Positions 7,848 through 15,246 of a stretch of 32,000 bases of DNA are shown piece by piece. The DNA lies in the NCBI RefSeq assembly GCF_016127575.1, contig NZ_CP066018.1, positions 3,390,001-3,422,000 on the forward strand, given 5' to 3'. The notes beneath the pieces were generated by a model. The model saw nothing but the letters and a program-made list of their open reading frames with translations. It was not told the origin of the DNA and made no database searches. Each line of letters opens with the position of its first letter. Within the stretch, counting starts at the first letter, position 1. This stretch comes from Cupriavidus necator (GTDB lineage Bacteria > Pseudomonadota > Gammaproteobacteria > Burkholderiales > Burkholderiaceae). A program made the position numbers and the translations under genes.

Positions 7848-8206
7848 ACAAGCTCACAGCGCAGGAAACCGTCTCGCTGGCGGCGCAGCTTGACGCGGAC
7901 GAAGCGCGCATCCATGCCGCCGTTGGTTCCGCCGACACGCCGATGACACCATTGGCGCAGCGTGAGGCGCGGGACGAGGGCGACCTTGCCGACGAAGAAA
8001 TCCTGCAGCGGCAGGATGATGCGATGCTGGAACACTACCGCATGCAACTGGCCGACATCGCCGCCGCGCGGGCGCGGATGCAGCACGGCCAGTACGGCAC
8101 CTGCATCGATTGCCAGCAGCCGATCCCGTTCTCGCGCCTGCAGGCATATCCGACCGCGAAGCGCTGTACCGCATGCCAGCGCCGGCACGAGCAGCTTTAT
8201 GCGTGA
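7844..8206 (+). CDS. DksA/TraR-family C4 zinc-finger protein
   Basis: Track ORF 7394..8206 trimmed to ATG 7844 (RBS CAGGAGA). 120 aa. Coiled-coil N-terminal part, then CIDCQQPIPFSRLQAYPTAKRCTACQ (CxxC-N17-CxxC). Confidence 0.85.
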   Translation: MNKLTAQETVSLAAQLDADEARIHAAVGSADTPMTPLAQREARDEGDLADEEILQRQDDAMLEHYRMQLADIAAARARMQHGQYGTCIDCQQPIPFSRLQAYPTAKRCTACQRRHEQLYA

Positions 8207-8308
8207 CAGTCGGAGGATGCCGCCGAGGGCAACTGAGCGCCTGGCGGGCTGCCACCGCGAAAGCGACGGTCGCCCCCCGGCAGCGGCCGGGAGGCTGGCG
8301 CTGACCGG

Positions 8309-8551
8309 CTAGCGCAGGTCGTACTCGCGCATCATTTCGGTCGTGACTGCCTTGACCGTGGCCAGGCATGCCGGCGGGACAGCGGGGAAGGCGTCGATGG
8401 TCCAGTTGCAGCCGCCGTTGGCAGTTGCGTCGACACGCTGCGGCAACGGGATGTCGCAGTCGCGGCAGGTGTCGCCGAGGTCGGCGTTTTCCTGCAGACG
8501 CCGCAGAATTTCATTGCGGATCTGTTCCGCACTGCCGAGGTTCTTGATCAT
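8309..8551 (-). CDS. Hypothetical 80-aa protein with four Cys
   Basis: AGGAGA lies 7 nt upstream of ATG 8551, and the gene starts 45 bp downstream of the nitroreductase on the same strand. Its composition is non-repetitive and unlike the Arg/Pro/Ala-rich shadow ORFs. Cys sites: CRDC, GGCNW, PPAC. I recognise no family. Confidence 0.6.
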   Translation of the reverse strand: MIKNLGSAEQIRNEILRRLQENADLGDTCRDCDIPLPQRVDATANGGCNWTIDAFPAVPPACLATVKAVTTEMMREYDLR

Positions 8552-8596
8552 GTCGGTGTCTCCTGTTGTCAGGTGGTGGCGATCCGGCCAGGATGC

Positions 8597-9262
8597 CTAG
8601 ACCGGCGCGCTGTCATGCGGAGCCGGACGCCCGATGGTCTGGGACAGGATCGGTTCCTCGTCCTCGTTCAGCGACATATGCTCGGCCAGCTGGCGCCGGT
8701 TAAGCCAGCCGCGCACCACCGCGCCCAGCCCGGCCGAGGCGCAGTAGAGATAGGCGTTCTGGACCATGGCGCCGGCCGCGGCGGCAGCGAAGGTCTCGTG
8801 CAGCTTGGGCGGGACGTCCTGCATCCGGCCATGGTTGGCGACGTAGACCAGGTCCAGCGGCGCCATGCCGACGAAGTCCTGGTAGCCGGTCATGCTGCGC
8901 ACGTCTGCCGCGCGCTTCAGCACCAGGCAATGGTGGATCGGGTCGTAGCGGTAGAGGCCGGCGGGCAGCGCCGCGTAGACGTCGATCACCGCCTCGCCGT
9001 GCGGCGAAGGGGCTGTGCGGCCGCCGCCCTGGGAGCGGTTGACGCCCGCCGCGGCCCACAGCAGCTCGCTCAGCTGCTGCAGTGGCAGCGGCTGCTCGTC
9101 GAACTCGCGGGTGCTCATGCGCTGCCACAGCGCCCCCATCAGCGGCAGGCCATTGGTGCGGTCCGGCTGTGGCAGGGCGATGACCCGCTCGCTCGTGCCG
9201 GAGGCGGGGCGTGGCAGCAGGTCCTTGATGGGCTGGTAGGGGATGCGCTTCAGTTCGTCCAT
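8597..9262 (-). CDS. SagB/ThcOx-type nitroreductase-family protein (paralogue of 2325..2930)
   Basis: Motifs: WQRMSTREF, LLWAAAGVNR, GGRTAPSPHG, GLYRYDPIHH, AGAMVQNAYLYCASAGLGAVV. Start is uncertain: ATG 9262 is chosen, with ATG 9274 and the track start 9313 as alternatives. Confidence 0.8.
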   Translation of the reverse strand: MDELKRIPYQPIKDLLPRPASGTSERVIALPQPDRTNGLPLMGALWQRMSTREFDEQPLPLQQLSELLWAAAGVNRSQGGGRTAPSPHGEAVIDVYAALPAGLYRYDPIHHCLVLKRAADVRSMTGYQDFVGMAPLDLVYVANHGRMQDVPPKLHETFAAAAAGAMVQNAYLYCASAGLGAVVRGWLNRRQLAEHMSLNEDEEPILSQTIGRPAPHDSAPV

Positions 9263-9444
9263 GGGAGCTCGCATTTGTTGCAAAGAGCGGCGCGAGCGCT
9301 CTGCGCATGGCACCGGTATGGACGAATGTAGGCGCTGCCCCCGGCCGTGGATTGCGCTCCGTCAAGCAGCGTCGATGGGGCCTTCCCTGGTGTGAAAGCA
9401 AGGGGTGCTGGCGCTGCTTTAGATGGCGGCGCCGAGCTCTGGCG

Positions 9445-11016
9445 TCAGCCGCAGCCGGGTGCGGCGGGGCCCGTAACGCTGCCCGGCGAGGCGACGCAGG
9501 CACGCTCGGCTTCGGTCAGCGGCTCCTGGACACGCATCTGCCACGCCAGCACGCCGTCGTCGGCATCCGACAGGTCCCCGCCCGCCCGGGCACGCGCGGC
9601 GATGCGGGCGCGCAGCGTCTCAGGGCTGGCTTCGCAGGTGACGATGGCGAAGGGCACGCCAAGGCGGCGCGCCTGGGCAGCAAAGCGTTCGCGCTCGGCG
9701 CGGACCAGGAAAGTCGCGTCGGCAAGCATCGGGAACCCGGCGCGGCAGCCGAGCCGGCAGACCGCGAGCAGGCGTCGGTAGGTCCGTGCCGTTTCGCTCG
9801 CGGCATACCAGCCACCCGCGGGCATCACGCCGCGGTGCAGGCCCTTGCGTACCGCGTCGGAGCGTACGCGTACCATCGACCCGGCCTCGCTCATCTGTGC
9901 CGCAACCGTGGACTTGCCGCTGCCGGACAGGCCATGCATCAGCACCATCGGCCCGCGACGGCGGCTGAGGCATCGCCATGCCAGCGCAAGCAGCCTGCCT
10001 GCCTCGGCCTGCGCCGGCGCCATGGACGCGCCCGCGGCGTGCTTCTGGCAGCCGCGCTCCAGCAGCACGCGCGCGCGCACCAGGGCCCGCATGGCGAGAT
10101 AGAAGGGCAACACGGCCAGCGCGCCGTAGTCTCCCGACTGCTCCAGGTAGCCGTTGAGCAGCCGGTAGGCCAGCGCCGGTCGGCCATGGTGCAGCAGGTC
10201 TATGACCGGGAAGGCCAGGTCGCTGATGGTGTCGGTCCAGCGCAGGGCGGCGTCGAACTCCAGGCAGTCGAATGGGGTCGGCACGCCGTTCAGCAGCACG
10301 ATGTTGCCCAAATGCAGGTCGCCATGGCACTCGCGTACATGGCCGTTGCGCAGGCGTGCCCGGAACGCATCCGTCAGCCGGGTGGCCTCGCTGCGCGCCC
10401 GCAGGGCCACGCGGCTGGCCAGGTGCGTGGCCGACGTCAGCCGGCCAATGCCGCCCAGGCACTCCGCAAGCGTCGCGTCGATGCGGGCCGGCGTGCCAAA
10501 GCTATCGGAAGGGGCGGCAGGGGGCTGCGCCTGGTGAAAGGATGCAATGCTGCGCGCCAGCGCATCGATATGGCCCGGCTCCAGCCGGTCCGCAACGATT
10601 CTTGCGCTGAGCAGGTCTTGCTGGTCGAAGCGCCGCATCCGGACCGCATGCTCGATCGGTATGCCGCCGCCACCGATGCGCACCGAGCCGGGCGTGGGGC
10701 CCGCCAGGATCGGCACCACATCCAGATACAGGGCAGGTGCGAACCGGCGGTTCAGGCGTAGTTCGGTCTCACAGTCGTCGCGGCGTGCCTGCGCGGTGGA
10801 GAAGTCGACAAAGTCGAACCGCACCGGCTTGCGCACCTTGTAAGCAAAGTCCCCGGCCAGGAAGACACGGGAGATATGCGTCTCGATGACCTGTACTGCC
10901 GGCGCCGGGTGGGGGTAGGCGTCCGGCTGCTGCAAGGCGGCCATCAACGCCGCGTCGTCCCATTGACTTTCCATGTCCCTTGCCGCCTGCGCCCTTGCGC
11001 TGTTGTGAACTGCCAC
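9445..11016 (-). CDS. Bifunctional APH-like phosphotransferase / P-loop (AAA_33-like) kinase fusion protein
   Basis: 523 aa. The N-terminal ~330 aa form a protein-kinase-like fold (IETHISRVFLAGDFAYKVRKP, catalytic HGDLHLGNIV). The C-terminus carries Walker A GLSGSGKST. The track start 11016 is a GTG; ATG 10974 is an alternative. Confidence 0.8.
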   Translation of the reverse strand: MAVHNSARAQAARDMESQWDDAALMAALQQPDAYPHPAPAVQVIETHISRVFLAGDFAYKVRKPVRFDFVDFSTAQARRDDCETELRLNRRFAPALYLDVVPILAGPTPGSVRIGGGGIPIEHAVRMRRFDQQDLLSARIVADRLEPGHIDALARSIASFHQAQPPAAPSDSFGTPARIDATLAECLGGIGRLTSATHLASRVALRARSEATRLTDAFRARLRNGHVRECHGDLHLGNIVLLNGVPTPFDCLEFDAALRWTDTISDLAFPVIDLLHHGRPALAYRLLNGYLEQSGDYGALAVLPFYLAMRALVRARVLLERGCQKHAAGASMAPAQAEAGRLLALAWRCLSRRRGPMVLMHGLSGSGKSTVAAQMSEAGSMVRVRSDAVRKGLHRGVMPAGGWYAASETARTYRRLLAVCRLGCRAGFPMLADATFLVRAERERFAAQARRLGVPFAIVTCEASPETLRARIAARARAGGDLSDADDGVLAWQMRVQEPLTEAERACVASPGSVTGPAAPGCG

Positions 11017-11071
11017 CTCAACTGCAGCCTCGGCACGCAGACTCCGGCTGCCAACTCGCCCCCGCGGTGCC

Positions 11072-11554
11072 CTATGCCGTCACGTCGGCCAGATCCTGCC
11101 CCAGGATGCCCGCCGCGCTACAGAGTACGCCCACGATAGCCAGCAGTGCGCGCCACGGGTGGCTCAGCAGCGCCTCCACTTGCTCGCTGCGGCTCTCGCC
11201 AGACAGGCACCAGATGCAGAAGTGCTCGCAGTTGTTGGTAAGAAGGCGGTAATCGTCCTCTCCAAGCCGCGCAGTCGCGCGCCGTACGATCTCCGCCTCG
11301 ACGTACCTCGCTTGCGTGGCCGGCTCGACGCGAAAGCCGTAGCCGCCGGCAAAGCCGGCGAGGGTGGTCTTTTCGACGGGGCCGCAACGCAGGAAACCTT
11401 TGAACCCGACATAGTGCACCACCTCGCCGTTGCCGACATAAATGCCGTGGTGGACATAACCACGGCGGTCCGTCTTCAGATGCGCGCCAAGAGGAATGTC
11501 CGCGGAGATTGCCGCAAGGCGCTGTGCGTGTCCGATGTGGTGATCGTCGCTCAT
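11072..11554 (-). CDS. LRAT / NlpC-P60-like (H-RAS-like suppressor family) protein with C-terminal TM helix
   Basis: 160 aa. RBS AAGGGGAA. Catalytic His context HHGIYVGNGEVVH, catalytic Cys in NCEHF, and hydrophobic tail ALLAIVGVLCSAAGIL. Confidence 0.75.
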   Translation of the reverse strand: MSDDHHIGHAQRLAAISADIPLGAHLKTDRRGYVHHGIYVGNGEVVHYVGFKGFLRCGPVEKTTLAGFAGGYGFRVEPATQARYVEAEIVRRATARLGEDDYRLLTNNCEHFCIWCLSGESRSEQVEALLSHPWRALLAIVGVLCSAAGILGQDLADVTA

Positions 11555-11875
11555 CGCTTTTCCCCTTGTTGCCTTTGTTGTGCTGGTCGCTCCTGCCCCG
11601 GTGGTCCCGGTTTTCCTGCCGATGAGGGCAACCGTGTGCCCCGTGTATGCCTGCAGTATCGTTGCCGGCCGGCGACGCCGAAATCAGCCGGTTCCGAAAA
11701 ACGTGTCGGCTTGCTGCCATGCAGCTTGTACGCGCATCGCGACGGCGCTTGTCCGCCGTTCGCACCGGGCTGTCAGCGGAACCTGACAAGGGCGCGGCGG
11801 TATAACCCGATATTTCCCAGCCATTGTGGAGAGGAGGGACATTCACCCTGCGTTGGCCGGTGACTTCGGCGATCG

Positions 11876-11889
11876 TTGACAGGCATCAA
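11876..11889. promoter_or_regulatory. Near-consensus FNR/FixK box TTGAC-AGGC-ATCAA
   Basis: 9/10 match to TTGAT-N4-ATCAA. It lies in the 448-bp divergent region, with centre ~120 bp upstream of the lipoprotein ATG 12003 and ~330 bp from the LRAT ATG. Confidence 0.55.
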
Positions 11890-12002
11890 CCCGTATGTCC
11901 GGCCGGACGCTACCTTCCGGTAACCGAAGATCACCGCCACTACGGGCATTTCAATGCGTTGTCGGAGGGACGAAACTGGAGATTACGTGGAGCTTTGTAC
12001 GC

Positions 12003-12476
12003 ATGCTCTCGTCCCTGATGATTGCCGTAGCTGCTGCGGGTTGTGCGTTCCGCTATGGGCAAGCCGGATCATACTTGCAGCCAATGGCCGAATATGGCGT
12101 CTCGTATGTGTCGGGCGGGGACAGCGAAGCCGGCATGGACGCGATGCTCGCCATCGCGGACCGCTTCAACGTACGTCTGACCATGGTGGACGCCGCACGC
12201 GGGGACCCGCTGCCGGATGCTGCCATCCTCGTGTCCAGTCAGGACGGGCGCTCGATATTGCATGCGAGCGCAACCGGGCCGATGTTCTATCTCCGGCTTC
12301 CCACGGGCGTCTATTGGCTGGCAATTGGTTATCAGGGCTGGGTCCGGACCCGCGATATCGCCGTCGACGGCCAGGCACTCGACATGACGTTTCGCCTGCC
12401 CGTGAGGACGCTGGAGGACGACTGGCTGCTTTGCAGCTCGCCGCGCGGCAACGTCGCGGTTACCGCCGTCTGGTGA
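12003..12476 (+). CDS. Putative lipoprotein with carboxypeptidase-regulatory-like beta-sandwich
   Basis: Track ORF 11895..12476 trimmed to ATG 12003 (GGAG ~10 nt upstream). Lipobox-like IAVAAAGC. The pattern MFYLRLPTGVYWLAIGYQGWVRTRDIAV...MTFRL resembles CarboxypepD_reg-type domains. The n-region has no positive charge, so the start and lipoprotein status are uncertain. Confidence 0.5.
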   Translation: MLSSLMIAVAAAGCAFRYGQAGSYLQPMAEYGVSYVSGGDSEAGMDAMLAIADRFNVRLTMVDAARGDPLPDAAILVSSQDGRSILHASATGPMFYLRLPTGVYWLAIGYQGWVRTRDIAVDGQALDMTFRLPVRTLEDDWLLCSSPRGNVAVTAVW

Positions 12477-12521
12477 CGCCATCTCAGCTTCGCCATCAAT
12501 TACCACCGTCGGCGCAGAACG

Positions 12522-14822
12522 TCACTCCGTGGGCGCATCTTCGCGCAGCGCATGGAACAGCTCGTCCTCCTGCGCGCAGTGCAGCCGCAATACGGCCTCG
12601 AGCCCGTAGAGCAGCCGCTGGTACTCCCTGACCCTGCCGGCGTCTGGCCCATCCGGCGGTGAGTCGTCCGCCATCCGCTGCAGTAGCCGGATCACCCGGA
12701 AGATCTCGCGGTGCATCGCGCTCATCGCCGCCAGCGGATCCTCGCCTCCGACCAGCAGCGCGAGTTGCGGATAGAGCTGCGCGTCATCGTGCTGTTCGTG
12801 GGGCAAAAGTGTTCCGCTGAGGGATGCGCACAAGCGGCGCAGTTCCGTGCCCGCGGCGTGGCCAGGCATGGCTGGCAACCTGTCCGCGAGGCTGCGGATC
12901 TGTTCCATCAGCGGCGCCAGCGCGGCGTGCTCCTGGTTCAGGCGCTCGGCGTCGGCCGTGGACAGGCGTTCCGCCGGCACCGACGGGTCGGCGCGCAGGG
13001 CGCGCAGCGCATTGGCAATGACCAGCACATCGATGACCTCCTGCAGCATGGCGCCGGCCAGTGGCGGCAGGTAGCCGAACGCGGCGACCGCCATCGCGAC
13101 GAACGACAGGCCCATGCCGGCCATGGCGCTTTGCACGGCCAGCCGGCGCGACCGGCGGGCGATGCGCACCGCGTCCACCAGCCGGTCAAGCCGGTCCACC
13201 AGCAGCACGACATCCGCGGCTTCCGACGATGCCGCGGCACCTCGTGCGCCCATGGCCACGCCGACGTCCGCGGCGGCCAGCGCCGGTGCATCGTTCACGC
13301 CGTCGCCCACCATCAGCACAGTGCCGTCGTGGCGCGCCGCCTCGATCGCGGCAAGCTTCTGCGAGGGGGTGAGGTTGGCATGGACCTCGGTCACGCCCAG
13401 CATCGCGCCGACGGTCTCGGCGACGTCGAGCCGGTCTCCCGTGAGCATGGCCAGGCGCCGTATGCCCGCCTTGCGCAGCAAGCGCAACGCGCGCGGGGTG
13501 TCCATGCGAATCAGGTCCACGAACTGCAGTGCCCCAACCAGCACGCCGTCGACGGTGACCAGCGAGACCGAGGCGCCTTCGAAGGCCGCGCGCTGCAACA
13601 TGGCCTGGCACCACGGTGGCCCGGCATCGCCGCCGCCGGCAAAGGCGGGCGATCCCACCGCCACCACGTGCTCGCCAACCCGCCCGGCAATGCCAGCACC
13701 GGCGGTCTCGGTCACGCCTGACGGCAGGTCCAGGGCCAGGCCTCGCTCGCGCGCCGCGGTCGTGATGGCTTCGGCGACAACATGCCCGGAGGCCTGGGAC
13801 AGCGAAGCGGCGACGCGCAGCACGTCGGGCGCCGGCCATCCGGGCGCGCTCTCGATGGCCGCCAGGCGGGCCCTTCCGCCCGTCAGCGTCCCGGTCTTGT
13901 CGAAGAAGAGGATGCTCGCCTGCGACAACCTTTCAAGCGCGCCGCCGCCCTTGACCAGCACGCCGCGCCCGGCGCAACGCGACACCCCGGACACAATCGC
14001 CACCGGAACGGCCAGGATCAACGGACAAGGGGTGGCGACCACCAGCACCGCCAGCGCCCGCGCGAGTTCACCACTGGCAAGCCAGGCAAGCCCGGCGACG
14101 AGCAGGGTGACAGGCACCAGCCACAGTGCATAACGGTCGGCCAACCGCGCCGCGGGCGGGCGCTCCGCGCGGGCGGTGCGCACCAGCCTGGCGATGCCGG
14201 CGAAGGTGCTGTCTGCCGCGGTGGTCGCTGCCACCATCTCGAACGGGGTGCCGGCGTTCAGCACACTGCTGCGCACGGTCTCGCCAGGGAGTCGCTGCCG
14301 TGGCAGCGACTCGCCAGTCAGGGCAGATTCGTCCAGCGTCGCCTGGCCCAGCAATGCGCCGTCCACGGGTACGACTTCGCCATGCCGGACCAACAGGCGA
14401 TCCCCCGGACTGACCACATCGAGGGAAACCGCGCGCCATTCTCCGTCCTCGAAGCGGTTGGCGGACTGCGGGGCGCGGCTGAGCAGGGCGGACATCTCCC
14501 GCTCGGAACGGGCCTGCGCATAGTTCTCAATGGCCCTGCCGCTCTCGATCATCAGGGCCAGTACGGCAGCCGCGAGGAATTCGCCAAGCGCCAGCGCCAG
14601 CCCGATCGCCAGCAGCGCCAGGACATCGACGCCCGCTTCCTTCCGGCGCAGCGACCGCACGATGGCGACGATCAGCGCGCCGGCGACGACCAGCGCGCCA
14701 ACCGCCCAAGCGAGCCTCGCGGCGAGCGCTTCGCCGAAGGCAAAAAGCAGCAAGCCAGCGCCCAGCGTGCCGGCCGCGACTGGCAGCAAGCCGAGGTCAA
14801 ACTTGCGAAACCCGATGTGCAT
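12522..14822 (-). CDS. P1B-5-type heavy-metal P-type ATPase with C-terminal hemerythrin (HHE) domain
   Basis: [17 protein letters not shown], and transmembrane TPCP (VVATPCPLILAVP) instead of CPC. There is no N-terminal metal-binding domain. The last ~150 aa carry His/Glu hemerythrin motifs (NQEHAAL, LPHEQHDD, MHREIF, LHCAQEDELFH). Start placed at ATG 14822 (CAGGGGA upstream); the track start 14933 is a GTG without an RBS. Confidence 0.85.
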   Translation of the reverse strand: MHIGFRKFDLGLLPVAAGTLGAGLLLFAFGEALAARLAWAVGALVVAGALIVAIVRSLRRKEAGVDVLALLAIGLALALGEFLAAAVLALMIESGRAIENYAQARSEREMSALLSRAPQSANRFEDGEWRAVSLDVVSPGDRLLVRHGEVVPVDGALLGQATLDESALTGESLPRQRLPGETVRSSVLNAGTPFEMVAATTAADSTFAGIARLVRTARAERPPAARLADRYALWLVPVTLLVAGLAWLASGELARALAVLVVATPCPLILAVPVAIVSGVSRCAGRGVLVKGGGALERLSQASILFFDKTGTLTGGRARLAAIESAPGWPAPDVLRVAASLSQASGHVVAEAITTAARERGLALDLPSGVTETAGAGIAGRVGEHVVAVGSPAFAGGGDAGPPWCQAMLQRAAFEGASVSLVTVDGVLVGALQFVDLIRMDTPRALRLLRKAGIRRLAMLTGDRLDVAETVGAMLGVTEVHANLTPSQKLAAIEAARHDGTVLMVGDGVNDAPALAAADVGVAMGARGAAASSEAADVVLLVDRLDRLVDAVRIARRSRRLAVQSAMAGMGLSFVAMAVAAFGYLPPLAGAMLQEVIDVLVIANALRALRADPSVPAERLSTADAERLNQEHAALAPLMEQIRSLADRLPAMPGHAAGTELRRLCASLSGTLLPHEQHDDAQLYPQLALLVGGEDPLAAMSAMHREIFRVIRLLQRMADDSPPDGPDAGRVREYQRLLYGLEAVLRLHCAQEDELFHALREDAPTE

Positions 14823-15246
14823 GGCGAACCCGATCCCCTGCGTAACTGGCGCCGGTTGCTGGGATACTCCCGCTGATGCCTTCAGGCGATCGCAGATCCT
14901 GCCGCGCTGGCGGCTGCGCAATCCCGGCTGCACGCCGAATCAGGCACTGTGTAATGGTGATGTTAGTCCAACAGGCACCGGGCCGATAATAGCCTCGGCC
15001 GCAGGCAGGGCGCGCCAGCCAGCCCTGGAGATAGTCGATGGCTGCAGGGGCCGCGGTTCGCGGCGCCACGGAGATGATTCGGCACGGCGCGGACCCGCAG
15101 TGGCTGTCGGCGGTACTGCCGTATTCGCTCACTCCTTGATGCACGCGGCGATTACGGCGCATTTTCGGTTCAAATTGCGCTTTGGCCGGTGCCGCCCTAT
15201 ATATTTGGGGGGCGAGAAGCACTCTCAGACAATCATCGTCCATTCC

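Noticed and set aside
8309-9262. Idea that the SagB-type nitroreductase plus the downstream Cys-containing 80-aa protein form a TOMM/RiPP cluster
   Set aside because: The window contains no YcaO cyclodehydratase, no protease/ABC exporter and no leader/core-like organisation (no Cys/Ser/Thr-rich C-terminal core). The second SagB-type paralogue (2325..2930) has no such partner.
9307-10761. 484-aa + strand ORF
   Set aside because: It is antisense to the APH/P-loop fusion gene, which has clear kinase and Walker A motifs. It has shadow-ORF composition.
14530-15246. N-terminal 239 codons of the 813-aa ORF containing the histidine kinase
   Set aside because: This part is antisense to the P1B-5 ATPase gene and to its upstream region, and is Ala/Ser/Pro/Arg-rich. 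The kinase architecture (TM-TM-PAS-PAS-HK) is complete from ATG 15247.
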